From Syntrophobacterales bacterium (GTDB lineage Bacteria > Desulfobacterota > Syntrophia > Syntrophales > UBA5619): DNA of 64,000 bases. The translations under genes were made by a program, and so were the position numbers. Below, piece by piece: positions 1-9,144 of the stretch; position 1 is the first letter of the stretch, and every line of letters starts with the position of its first letter. The stretch spans positions 2,931 to 66,930 of the forward strand of contig JAHYJE010000008.1 of the NCBI GenBank assembly GCA_019429105.1, in the 5' to 3' direction. The notes under the pieces were generated by a model. The model made no database searches, was not told where the DNA came from, and saw nothing but the letters and a program-made list of their open reading frames with translations.

Positions 1-341
1 CGCTCGAGGATTCCCATGTAGCTGTCGCCCTGGAGCCGCCAGGCAAATTCCTCGGCCCGGTATCCGCCGAAGACGAAATGGGTGTGGGAGTCGACGAAGC
101 CCGGCAACACGGCCTTGCCCGTCGCGTCGATTGTTGCGAAGCGCAAGAGGTCTTTGCCCACCGCCCTCAGCTCCGCCATAATGGCTTCCGTAGGACCGAC
201 CTTTGTTATCCGGCCGTCTTCGATGACGATTGCCCCGGCGGCGATAACGCCGAGCTCGGACATTTCCCGGCCCTTTTTTGCGGCAAACCCGGCGCAGGTG
301 ACAAGTTCGGCAGCATTTTTTATGATGAGATTTCCGCTCAT
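1..341 (-). CDS. hutI: imidazolonepropionase, N-terminal part (gene continues past the left edge)
   Basis: Own reverse translation from the ATG at 339-341 gives [18 protein letters not shown]...[39 protein letters not shown]. It has the DxHxH metal box and the N-terminal layout of HutI. It starts 6 nt after the stop of the upstream gene. It is absent from the ORF track because no stop lies in the window. Confidence 0.8.
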   Translation of the reverse strand, partial: MSGNLIIKNAAELVTCAGFAAKKGREMSELGVIAAGAIVIEDGRITKVGPTEAIMAELRAVGKDLLRFATIDATGKAVLPGFVDSHTHFVFGGYRAEEFAWRLQGDSYMGILE

Positions 342-347
342 TCTTCC

Positions 348-1253
348 TTACTCATAGATTTTTGATTCCAGCACCTGCCCGGGGTTGAAGTCTTCGAGCT
401 GGAGATAGTAAGCCGCCGTGTCGATCAGGGCGGCCATTGGCGTCAGGCCGATGATCTCGCTGCCGATTACCGGCGCCCCCCAGCGCTTGGCCTCGATGCG
501 GATCAGCTCAAATACCCGGTAGAGGGAGGTTCTGGTGTAATCGGTCAGGTTGATCGACACCTGGACGAGGCCGCGTTCTTTGAGTTCAATCCCGATCGCC
601 TTGCAGTAGCGCAGCCCGCCGCTGCTATGTCTGATTTTTCGGGCGATATCATTGGCAATAGCGAGCGAGGAGGTGCCGAGATTGACGTTGAAGGCCACGA
701 GCGGCATCCGGGCGCCGATGGCGGCAACGCCGGCCGAAGGGTGAAGCGCGTCCGGGCCGAAATCGGGTTTCCAGCCGGGCTGTTGGAGCTTCCGGGCCAT
801 CCCCTCGAACTGACCCCTGCGGATGTCGGCAAGGTTGCGGCGATTTTCCGCCGAGGCTGATTCTTCGTAGAGAAAAACAGGCAGGTTGAATTTTTTCGCA
901 ACCTGCTCGGCGACCTGTTTCGATAGCTCGATTGCCTCCGGCATGGTCATGTTTTTCACCGGGATGAACGGAACGACGTCCACGGCGCCCATACGGGGAT
1001 GCTGCCCCTTGTGGGTGCGCATGTCGATGAGCCCGAGCGCGACCTCCATCGCGTCCATGACGGCCGAAGCCAGCGCCGCAGGTTCGCCTGCCACGGTGAC
1101 GACGGTGCGGTTGTGATCGTAATCCGGTTTGTAGTCGAGCAGCCGGACGCCTTCGTGCTCCCGGAAAGGCTGGACGATTTTTTCGATCTTTTCCGGATCG
1201 CGCCCCTCGCTGAAGTTGGGGACGCATTCGACGATTTTTTTCATTGTTGACAT
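348..1253 (-). CDS. ftcD: glutamate formimidoyltransferase (FtcD transferase-domain type)
   Basis: 301-aa ORF. The N-terminus KIVECVPNFSEGRD and ...HPRMGAVDVVPFIP... are typical of formiminotransferases. It sits between hutU and hutI on the same strand. Confidence 0.85.
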   Translation of the reverse strand: MSTMKKIVECVPNFSEGRDPEKIEKIVQPFREHEGVRLLDYKPDYDHNRTVVTVAGEPAALASAVMDAMEVALGLIDMRTHKGQHPRMGAVDVVPFIPVKNMTMPEAIELSKQVAEQVAKKFNLPVFLYEESASAENRRNLADIRRGQFEGMARKLQQPGWKPDFGPDALHPSAGVAAIGARMPLVAFNVNLGTSSLAIANDIARKIRHSSGGLRYCKAIGIELKERGLVQVSINLTDYTRTSLYRVFELIRIEAKRWGAPVIGSEIIGLTPMAALIDTAAYYLQLEDFNPGQVLESKIYE

Positions 1254-1318
1254 GAAGTTCTCCAGTCTATTGGTGCAGGGGCACGGCAGGCCTTGCCCCT
1301 GCCGGCTTTACGTAAAAT

Positions 1319-3367
1319 TCATGATTTGGCTTTTTTCTTGAATTGCCGGGCCACGGCATCCGCCACCAGCCTGTCGTCCGCCAGGTAGGGCAGTGTAATA
1401 TGGTCTAATCCGGCACGCAGTTTGTTGTAAGCGATACATGTTTCGAGGGCGCCCTCGTTGCGGGCCCAGGCACGGCGGGCTACCCCGCCCATCACATCCC
1501 AGGGGATTGCCGTGCGGATTATCGCATCCACCCGCGGGCTTCCGTCCAGCACCAGTCCGAAGCCGCCGTTGATCGCCTTGCCGATTCCCACCCCGCCGCC
1601 GTTGTGCAGCGAAACCAGGCTCATTCCTCGGGCGGCGTTGCCGGCAAAGCAATGGGTGGCCATGTCGGCCATGATGTTGCTGCCGTCGTGGATGTTGGCC
1701 GTTTCCCGAAACGGCGAGTCGGTGCCGCCGGTGTCGTGGTGGTCGCGGCCGAGCATAACCGGCCCGATTTCGCCGGTTCGCACCAGCTCGTTGAATCTGA
1801 GGGCAATTTTCATCCGGCCCTGCGCGTCCTGGTAGAGGATGCGGGCCTTTGTTCCGACGACCAGATGGTTTTTCCGGGCGTCGCGGATCCAGTTGTAGTT
1901 GTCGCGATCCTGGAAGCGGTGCGTGGGGTCGATGCACGCCATTGCGGCCTGGTCGGTTTTTTCCAGGTCATCTTCCTCGCCGCTCAGGCAGACCCAGCGG
2001 AATGGTCCGTAGCCGTAGTCAAAAAGCAGCGGCCCCATGATGTCCTCGACATACGACGGGAAGATGAAACCGTCGAGTGTATTTTCTCCGTTTTTGCAGA
2101 CATCTTTAATGCCGACATCATAAACCGCCTTGAGGAAGCTGTTGCCGTAGTCAAAGAAAAACGCCCCGCGCGCGGAAAGGGTTTTGATGAGTTCATAGTG
2201 ATGGCGAAGCGTGCCATCTACCATTTTCCGGAAGGCGGCGCTGTCGTCGTTAAGGAGTTTCGTGCGCTCCTCAAAGCTTATCCCCTCGGGGCAGTAGCCC
2301 CCGTCGTAAACGGCGTGGCAGGAGGTCTGATCCGTCAAGAGGTCTATCGCGACGTCTTTGCCAACCGCGTATTGGAGCAAGTCAACGATGTTCCCGTGAA
2401 ACGCAATCGCCCGCCCCTGACCCTTTTTTTGCCAGTCGCGCGCGGCGGCGAAGGCCCCGGCGGGGCTGTCCGTCACCTCGTCCACCCACCCCTGGTCGAG
2501 GCGGGTTTTGATGCGGGAGGAGTCCACCTCGGCAATAACCCCGACCCCGCCTGCGATAACGACGGCTTTCCCCTGGGCGCCGCTCATGCCGCCCAGTCCC
2601 GAGCTTACGAAGAGCCGCCCCGCGAGGTTTCGCTCCTCCGGGATGCCGAGCTTGGCGCGTCCGGCGTTCAGGATCGTGCTGTATGTGCCGTGCACGATTC
2701 CCTGGGGTCCGATGTACATCCAGCCGCCGGCGGTCATCTGCCCGTAATTCGCCACCCCCAGCGCCATCGCGCGGCGCCAGTTGGCCTGATCGTCAAAGCA
2801 GCCCACCATCAGGGCGTTGGTGATGATGACGCGCGGGGCTTCCGGGGGGGAAGCGAAAAGACCGACCGGATGGCCGGAGGCCACAACCAGTGTCTGCGTG
2901 CGGGTGAGCGCTTCAAGGTAGCGTTTGACAAGCTGGTACTGCATCCAGTTCTGGCAGACCTGACCGGTTTCGCCATAGGTCACCAGTTCGTAAGGGTAGA
3001 GGGCGACAGCGAAGTCGAGGTTGTTATCGATCATCACCTGCAGGGCCCGGCCTTCGAGGCACTGCCCCTTGTAGTCGCCGACGGGCCGTCCGGTGATTTT
3101 CCCGGCAGGACGGAAGCGATAGCCGTAAATGCGCCCGCGTGTCGTCAGCTCCTCCAGAAACTCCGGGACCAGCGTCCCGTGCCACTTTTCCGGTATATAG
3201 CGCAGGGCGTTTTTCAGGGCGAGTTCGGTGTCTTTCGGGGATAGATCAAAGTGCCGGGTGGGCGCCCGGCGGATTCCCGGCGAGAACTCCGGGGGCGAAG
3301 GAAGCTCGTCAAAGATGGCGTCTATGCGGATCGTCATCGCCTTTACGAGGGAATCGTTTGAGATCAT
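1319..3367 (-). CDS. hutU: urocanate hydratase
   Basis: Long ORF 1319-3418, whose track start is a GTG. I prefer the ATG at 3365-3367, which is preceded by GGGAGG. Urocanase-like blocks are present: GLGGMSGAQGKA, YIGPQGIVHGT, HDTGGTDSPFRETANI. Confidence 0.9.
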   Translation of the reverse strand: MISNDSLVKAMTIRIDAIFDELPSPPEFSPGIRRAPTRHFDLSPKDTELALKNALRYIPEKWHGTLVPEFLEELTTRGRIYGYRFRPAGKITGRPVGDYKGQCLEGRALQVMIDNNLDFAVALYPYELVTYGETGQVCQNWMQYQLVKRYLEALTRTQTLVVASGHPVGLFASPPEAPRVIITNALMVGCFDDQANWRRAMALGVANYGQMTAGGWMYIGPQGIVHGTYSTILNAGRAKLGIPEERNLAGRLFVSSGLGGMSGAQGKAVVIAGGVGVIAEVDSSRIKTRLDQGWVDEVTDSPAGAFAAARDWQKKGQGRAIAFHGNIVDLLQYAVGKDVAIDLLTDQTSCHAVYDGGYCPEGISFEERTKLLNDDSAAFRKMVDGTLRHHYELIKTLSARGAFFFDYGNSFLKAVYDVGIKDVCKNGENTLDGFIFPSYVEDIMGPLLFDYGYGPFRWVCLSGEEDDLEKTDQAAMACIDPTHRFQDRDNYNWIRDARKNHLVVGTKARILYQDAQGRMKIALRFNELVRTGEIGPVMLGRDHHDTGGTDSPFRETANIHDGSNIMADMATHCFAGNAARGMSLVSLHNGGGVGIGKAINGGFGLVLDGSPRVDAIIRTAIPWDVMGGVARRAWARNEGALETCIAYNKLRAGLDHITLPYLADDRLVADAVARQFKKKAKS

Positions 3368-3803
3368 GGCGCCAACCTCCCAATATTTTTGTTCTTGTAG
3401 GCGGCGGCGCGCCGCCACGTCCGTTTGTTGCCATTTCGATCAAAAGCCTGCGGGCTGGAGTATAGGAGGCAGCGCCGAGTGGTGTCAAGATAAAATCCTT
3501 CTGCCGCCGGGATTGAAAGCCTCTTGCCTCATGTTGCCATTAGCGCCTTAAGCCGGAATCCTGTCGAAGAAACAACAAAATTGATCGGTCCGTAAAAAGT
3601 CTGAAATCCCCCTCCCTTAGGCCAGCACCTTGCAAGAAACCACCATTATTTATTGAAGTCGGTAACTGAGGAGGATGAATTTTTGTAGCAGCTTTGTACC
3701 CGTAATGCTTAGCCAAAAAGAGATTGCTTTTTACCTCCTTCACCTACTACTCATCAGTCCCAGACGGCCACACAAGATAAAGATTACAGGTAAAAAATGT
3801 ACA

Positions 3804-3832
3804 CAAAAAAAGGCAGGGCTAAGGACCCTGCC
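3804..3832 (-). terminator. rho-independent terminator downstream of the peptidase gene
   Basis: On the minus strand: GGCAGGG-tccttag-CCCTGCC followed by TTTTTTTG, about 20 nt after the stop at 3853. Confidence 0.75.
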
Positions 3833-3852
3833 TTTGAAAGGATAGGACTACA

Positions 3853-5595
3853 TCAGGGAATACTCGTGTCAACTAAGTTGTTGCTCTCATCCGATTCAGC
3901 AATACTTTTTAGAGAGTCTATAAAGGCAATCAAATGTCTTCCTGCCGGAGATGAAGTTGTCGTGAATCGGATGCTGGTCGCTTTACTGGAATTTGCGCTT
4001 AAGACCTTGTATTTATATGTCTTCACCAATAAATCATTGTCACTCAATGAACCATCATCGGAAAGAAAAAAATCAACCTGGACATTGCTGAAGTTCATTT
4101 GACTTGCGTTGGTGACAGTGAACGTGCCTGAAACGGTGTAAACACCTCTTTTCGGGCCAGTCCACGTAACATTTGACCAACTGCCCAAAAGGTCCACGGC
4201 TGTACCGTCGACGCCCGTTCCTGTCAGAGAAATGTTCAAAGGATTCTCATCGGGATCATTAGATTGGATAGTTATCGTAGCCGATTTTGCACCGGCCGAA
4301 AGCGGGGAAAATTGGGCCTGAAACGTACAACTCGACGAGGGGGCTATGGGCGTGGAGCAAGCTCCAGTGATACTGAATTCTGATGTGTCTGCTATGGCGA
4401 TGGTTCCTATACTGAGGTCAGCCGATCCTGTATTGGAGACCGTAAAGGTTTTCGTGGAAGTGTCGCCGATGTTTATATTCACAAAATTATATGAACCGGG
4501 AGAAACGGAGATATCAGGTGTCCTAATAACATTTCCCGCAAGATTCACGATGCTTACGCTCAAGAGTTTCATCCCCGAATAACTGGTACCCCAAATCATC
4601 GTATGGTCGTTATTGTCCCAAGTGTCATGAATATAAACCGTTTTTGTGGAATCATCATAACCCACGCCAACGATCGAATGCCCCTGGAGATTTAGCAACA
4701 CAGGCCGTCCAGCATCGATTTCCGCCTTGAATTGTGCAAATGAAAAGCCCCCGCGTTTGGCATTGTCCGTCGCCTGGGCATAGCAATCTGTAACCGTATA
4801 TCCCTTCGCTTCATAAAACAGTTTTCTTCCGTAAGTCCCGTCCTCGTCGGCAATGCTAAAACCTTCCATGGCGCTGCAGCTGAGCGGGGTGGCTGAGCTA
4901 CTATAAGAATAGAAACTGGTTGATCCGTCGTCATTGCCGTAAGCAGATTGGCTGGTTTTCATGAAATCGCCGATCGCATCACCCCAGGCATGTTGGGACC
5001 AAGGTTCCGTTATATAAGGATCGTCTTTGCCGCTCAAATAAGAATACCAATAATCATCTATTGAGCCGTAGGTTTTCCTTTCGTCCAATCCGAAATGAGA
5101 GGCGATTAACGGGTTGTCAGGATATGTATCTCCAGCCCTATCTGGCCAGATTCCCCAAGCGGCATCTTCAACTATAGGGATCATACCATCATCCGTAGGC
5201 CCTTTATAAATGTTCGGAAAGTCGGTTCGGTCATAATACCCGGCGATCATTGCGCCTGAAACTGCCGAGCAGCCAAAAACCCATCTGAATGCGGGAACCT
5301 GCGGCAATGAGCCGACCATCGATTCCACACTGATTTTCGGCAATGAAACGTGAGCGCGCTCACGTTCGTACCCTGGAGGTGGCTTCGGCGGGCCGTTAAT
5401 TATACTACGTTCAAGAACAATTCCGTCACTGTAAGTCGTCGTTTGGGTACTGAAATGCTTGTTAATGATATTCAATGGTCCTTTTTCAACTGGAATCTTC
5501 AGGGCAACAGGTTGTCCATAAACCGTCAATGGGGAGGCAAAAATAAAAATTGATAAGACGCTCAATAAGAACAATGGCATCACAGATTTCTTCAT
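3853..5595 (-). CDS. secreted papain-fold (C39-like) cysteine peptidase with choice-of-anchor-D-like and CARDB-like C-terminal domains
   Basis: ATG at 5593-5595 preceded by AGGAGGG. Signal peptide MKKSVMPLFLLSVLSIFIFASPLTVYG. Candidate Cys box FGCSAVSGAMIAGYY and His box GHSIVGVGYDD...HDTWD. Ig-like block FTVSNTGSADLSIG...ITIQSNDPDENP. C-terminal ...ESDESNN, which is CARDB-like. AT-richer than its neighbours. Confidence 0.7.
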   Translation of the reverse strand: MKKSVMPLFLLSVLSIFIFASPLTVYGQPVALKIPVEKGPLNIINKHFSTQTTTYSDGIVLERSIINGPPKPPPGYERERAHVSLPKISVESMVGSLPQVPAFRWVFGCSAVSGAMIAGYYDRTDFPNIYKGPTDDGMIPIVEDAAWGIWPDRAGDTYPDNPLIASHFGLDERKTYGSIDDYWYSYLSGKDDPYITEPWSQHAWGDAIGDFMKTSQSAYGNDDGSTSFYSYSSSATPLSCSAMEGFSIADEDGTYGRKLFYEAKGYTVTDCYAQATDNAKRGGFSFAQFKAEIDAGRPVLLNLQGHSIVGVGYDDSTKTVYIHDTWDNNDHTMIWGTSYSGMKLLSVSIVNLAGNVIRTPDISVSPGSYNFVNINIGDTSTKTFTVSNTGSADLSIGTIAIADTSEFSITGACSTPIAPSSSCTFQAQFSPLSAGAKSATITIQSNDPDENPLNISLTGTGVDGTAVDLLGSWSNVTWTGPKRGVYTVSGTFTVTNASQMNFSNVQVDFFLSDDGSLSDNDLLVKTYKYKVLSANSSKATSIRFTTTSSPAGRHLIAFIDSLKSIAESDESNNLVDTSIP

Positions 5596-6240
5596 GGTAG
5601 TTCCCTCCTTTCTATATTTCTTGAAATAAAATAATAACTCAAGGTACCTAAACAACGCCTCGCCCTCTGCTGGTCAATAACGGGGTGCCAAGAATCGCCT
5701 CATGGCACCACCCTCTCGTCAAGGGTTAACATCCATTGCGAACCTGCTAAAGTACCCGACGATGGTATAAAGATGGTCCTGTTTTCTCTCCAAGTCAAGA
5801 AAAATAATCTTATCGATAGCACTTTAAAGGGTGGATATCTGTCAAAATTACCGGACGCTTGACTACAGGAAGTAGACCTCAAATCGTCATCCCCGCCTTT
5901 TTAAAAGAACAATACGCTCTATTTCCGAACGAAAGCAAGCATTTTCCTCAAGGTTGACTTTTTGAGGACTACAGGAAGGAGGCTTCGATCCCGATCTTCC
6001 TCCCAAAATGCCATCTTTCAACCCGAACTCGGTAATATCCGTTGATTACCCCAATTGCAACTTGTATTTGGAGGGAATTTTCTGAGGATTTTGACTGAAG
6101 AGGGAATTGTATGGTAGTCAACCTTTCCACAAAAAATCTTTCTTGAGGGAAGCACAAGGATTATGTGGATTAAGTGCTGTTCGGCCCCCACCGGATTATT
6201 TGCACGATAGAGAATTTATGATAAATTGCCGCCTGATGGA

Positions 6241-6438
6241 TTATGCGGCGACGAACTCGATTTTTACCCGCATTCCCGTTGATCCAGCGATCTTTTCCAA
6301 TGTCTTGAGAGTGAAGCCCTCATACTCGCCGCTTTCGATCCTTGAAATTGCCTGCTGGCTGGTTCCCATAAGCTTTGCCAACTGCTGTTGCGATAATCCC
6401 TTCTTATCACGCAGCTCTGCAATCTTTATCGCCAGCAT
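6241..6438 (-). CDS. XRE-family helix-turn-helix protein (antitoxin-like, apparently N-terminally shortened)
   Basis: 65 aa. LRDKKGLSQQQLAKLMGTSQQAISRIESG is a classic HTH_3 motif. The in-frame upstream sequence (KKYQYHDVKQKQAL) has no start codon and reaches a stop within 54 nt. Confidence 0.6.
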   Translation of the reverse strand: MLAIKIAELRDKKGLSQQQLAKLMGTSQQAISRIESGEYEGFTLKTLEKIAGSTGMRVKIEFVAA

Positions 6439-6512
6439 GAGAGCTTGTTTCTGCTTAACATCATGATACTGGTATTTTTTACCGCAGTACTATCCCGTTA
6501 CGATTCGGCTCT

Positions 6513-7670
6513 CTATTTCTTGTCAGGGTGGGTGTTTGCATGTTTGAGCAGGCTTCCGTCACTCACCAGTTTGCGCATGGTTTCGATGTGCGGGTAGAGC
6601 GCCTCATCTTTTTCGAGGAACGGGATGTGGCTGCGGATGAGTTCGTAGGCCGGGGCGGTGCCTTTTCCCATTCTGGCTTCCGGACCGAGAATCTTGCGCC
6701 TGAAATCGATGCCTTGCGCGGCGGAAAGCAGCTCTATGGCCAGGATTGTTTCCACGTTCGTCGCAATCTCGCGGGCCTGACGCGCAGCTGCCGGCCCCAT
6801 GCTGACATGGTCTTCGATATTGGCCGAGGTCGGGATGGTGTCCACGCTGGACGGGTGGGACAGCACCTTGTTTTCGGAGGCGAGCGCGGCGGCGGTGTAC
6901 TGAACCAGCATGAACCCCGAGTTAACCCCTCCGTCGTTGATCAAAAATGGGGGAAGGATGTGATTATTGCTGTCCGCGTCCACCAGCCTCGCGATGCGCC
7001 GTTCCGAGATGTTCCCCAGTTCGGCCAGGGCAAAAGCCAGGTAATCCATCGAGATTGCCAGCGGCTCCCCGTGGAAATTTCCGCCCGAAAGCACGGTGGC
7101 GTTTTCGTTTTCATCAAAGAAAATCAAAGGGTTATCTGTTGCGGAATTCAGCTCGATGTTCATCACCCAGCGGGCGTAGGCGATTGCATCCATGATCGCG
7201 CCATGCACCTGGGGAATGCAGCGCAGCGTGTAGGCGTCCTGCACGTTGAGCGGGTCGTCGGGTCTGGTGAAGGTGGATCCCTCGATAAGCTGGCGCATGT
7301 AGGCGGCGCATTCCACCTGACGGGGATGGGGGCGGGCGGCGTGGATGCGCGCATCGAAGGCGCGCGGGGTGCCGTGCAGGGCCTCCAGGCTCATCGCCCC
7401 GGCAAGTCCCGCTATATGGGTCAACTGCTCGGCTCTGCAGGTGACCAGCACCCCTATCGCGTTCATCATGGTCGTTCCGTTGGTGATGCCGTAAACGACT
7501 TCGCCGCGGGCCACGAAATCCTGAACAGTCCGGGCCGCCCGCCTTACGTTATCCCAGGCCGCCGGGGCAATCGATACCTGAATTGCGGGATTATTGGCAA
7601 CGGCAAGCACTCCTTCGATGGTCAGTGATTCGCCGTCCAGGACTAATTGGGACTGGTATGAGGTGGACAT
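6513..7670 (-). CDS. hutH: histidine ammonia-lyase homologue with an in-frame internal deletion (MIO segment missing; possibly non-functional)
   Basis: 385 aa, against more than 500 aa for canonical HALs. The N-terminal box ends ...EVVYGIT and runs straight into NGTTMMNAIG. The rest is clearly HAL-like: QDAYTLRCIPQVHG, NSATDNPLIF, SGGNFHGEP, SANIEDHVSMG. No A-S-G triad occurs anywhere in the product. Confidence 0.8.
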   Translation of the reverse strand: MSTSYQSQLVLDGESLTIEGVLAVANNPAIQVSIAPAAWDNVRRAARTVQDFVARGEVVYGITNGTTMMNAIGVLVTCRAEQLTHIAGLAGAMSLEALHGTPRAFDARIHAARPHPRQVECAAYMRQLIEGSTFTRPDDPLNVQDAYTLRCIPQVHGAIMDAIAYARWVMNIELNSATDNPLIFFDENENATVLSGGNFHGEPLAISMDYLAFALAELGNISERRIARLVDADSNNHILPPFLINDGGVNSGFMLVQYTAAALASENKVLSHPSSVDTIPTSANIEDHVSMGPAAARQAREIATNVETILAIELLSAAQGIDFRRKILGPEARMGKGTAPAYELIRSHIPFLEKDEALYPHIETMRKLVSDGSLLKHANTHPDKK

Positions 7671-7705
7671 AATAATCTCCTGTTGTTTATCTTCCGCAAT
7701 ATTTG

Positions 7706-9064
7706 TTATTCAGGATCAGCGGCATCCTCCGGACGCTGTACGAAGGCGGCCGCCGATTCCCCGGCGAGGTGGCCGGTGGAGAAGGCGGCCTGGAGGTTGT
7801 AGCCGCCGGTATCGGCGTCGATGTCCATCACCTCCCCGCAGAAGAAAAGGCCGCCCACCAGCCGGGAGGCCATTGTCCGCGGATCGATCTCGGCAAGAGA
7901 AACGCCGCCTGCGGTCACAATCGCCGAGTTCAGCGGCAGCGGCCCCTTGATGGTAAAGCAGAGCCCCTTCAGCAAAGCGAGGAGCCGATCACGTTCCGGC
8001 GCCGTGATCTGACTTCCCGTCCGTTCCGCCGGGATGCTGCACATTTGGATAAACGGCTCGATCATCTTATGAGGGAGCAGTCCCGGCAGCAGGTTCCGAA
8101 AACTTCGCTTGCCGCCCGCGTCGAAATCCCGCTGCAGGCGGGCGCGCAGCTCCTCGAAGGAAAGGGCGGGTTTGAGATCGATCGCGACGCTGACCGGACC
8201 CTCCGCGAGGGCGTCCACCACGGCAAGGCTCATCAAGAGCGTGATCGGTCCGCCTATCCCGAAATGGGTAAAGAGCATCTCCCCCATTCGGCTTTCGATC
8301 ACCACCCCTTTTTTCCGTATTCGCTCCAGGCCGCGCCCCACATCTTCCTGCGGGACAAAGGCTGGGGAAAAAAGGTCAATCTTTCCGCGAAAGGCGGTAA
8401 GCCGGACATTCTTTAGGCTCACCCCCTGCATCGCCTTGGCCTTTTCAATTTCAGCGACAATCAGTGGGACGAGGGCCGGCCTGGGCTTTACGATCTTGTG
8501 TCCCACCGCAGCCGCAAGCCGGAAACCGTCGCCGTTCGAACCTGTTTCCTGCCAACTGGCGCCGCCCGCCGCGAGGATTGCCGCCCGGGCCGACAAAAAC
8601 CCCTTCCGCGTTTGCACCCCCGAAAGCTTGCCGTTTCCGATAACGAGCCTGCTTGCCGGGGAATTCAAGAGCAACTCCACCTTGCCCTCTTGCAGATAGC
8701 TCCGGAAGGCCCTTACTACATCCGCCGCCTCGTCGGAAACGGGGAAAATCCGCCCGCCCCGCTCGGTCTTTGTTGCGACCCCGAAACGAGCCAGGAAGGA
8801 AAGCAGGTCATCCCGGAAAAAGCGGTGAAAGGCTCCGTGTAAAAATCGGCCATTGGGGCCGTACATGGGCAGAAATTCAGCGAGGCTGCGGGCGTTGGAC
8901 AGATTGCAGCGGGACTTGCCGCTGATCAGGATTTTCTTGCCCAGCCCCTCCATTTTTTCGAGCAGGACGACCGTTGCCCCCAGCTCTGCGGCCCGGCCGG
9001 CGGCCATCATTCCCCCCGCGCCCCCGCCGATCACGATCACCCGATTGCCCTTTGGCTCAGCCAC
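7706..9064 (-). CDS. HI0933/BaiN-like NAD(P)/FAD-dependent oxidoreductase
   Basis: Rossmann box RVIVIGGGAGGMMAAGRAAELG followed by ...GKKILISGKSRCNLSN. The longest ORF reaches 9193 and overlaps the upstream gene. I prefer the GTG at 9062-9064, 7 codons before the GxGxxG box. The start is uncertain. Confidence 0.7.
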   Translation of the reverse strand: MAEPKGNRVIVIGGGAGGMMAAGRAAELGATVVLLEKMEGLGKKILISGKSRCNLSNARSLAEFLPMYGPNGRFLHGAFHRFFRDDLLSFLARFGVATKTERGGRIFPVSDEAADVVRAFRSYLQEGKVELLLNSPASRLVIGNGKLSGVQTRKGFLSARAAILAAGGASWQETGSNGDGFRLAAAVGHKIVKPRPALVPLIVAEIEKAKAMQGVSLKNVRLTAFRGKIDLFSPAFVPQEDVGRGLERIRKKGVVIESRMGEMLFTHFGIGGPITLLMSLAVVDALAEGPVSVAIDLKPALSFEELRARLQRDFDAGGKRSFRNLLPGLLPHKMIEPFIQMCSIPAERTGSQITAPERDRLLALLKGLCFTIKGPLPLNSAIVTAGGVSLAEIDPRTMASRLVGGLFFCGEVMDIDADTGGYNLQAAFSTGHLAGESAAAFVQRPEDAADPE

Positions 9065-9144
9065 GCCCGGCAAGAAGTTTTTCTGATCCTGTTTGATAAT
9101 TGCCCGCCCGGATACTGGCTGGACGCGGCCTTGCCTTTCTGCCT

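Noticed and set aside
1604-3244. 546-aa plus-strand ORF opposite hutU. Similar long antisense ORFs occur at 6528-7628, 10969-12120, 12643-13728, 20343-21101, 23248-24249, 34797-36203, 39264-41054, 55597-56793 and 57311-58021.
   Set aside because: These are shadow ORFs of the kind expected in GC-rich DNA. Their products are Arg/Gly/Pro/Ala-rich, show no recognisable motifs, and each lies opposite a gene with clear family signatures.
3540-3743. 67-aa minus-strand ORF at the left border of the AT-rich insert
   Set aside because: It has a GTG start, a low-complexity product and no recognisable family. It is probably non-coding spacer.
5969-6157. 62-aa ORF with ...INGYYRVRVERWHFG..., faintly reminiscent of RelE/HigB toxins, downstream of the XRE gene
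   Set aside because: It has a TTG start, no RBS, and only one short motif-like stretch. The rest shows no toxin features. At most it is a relic; I cannot support it as a gene.
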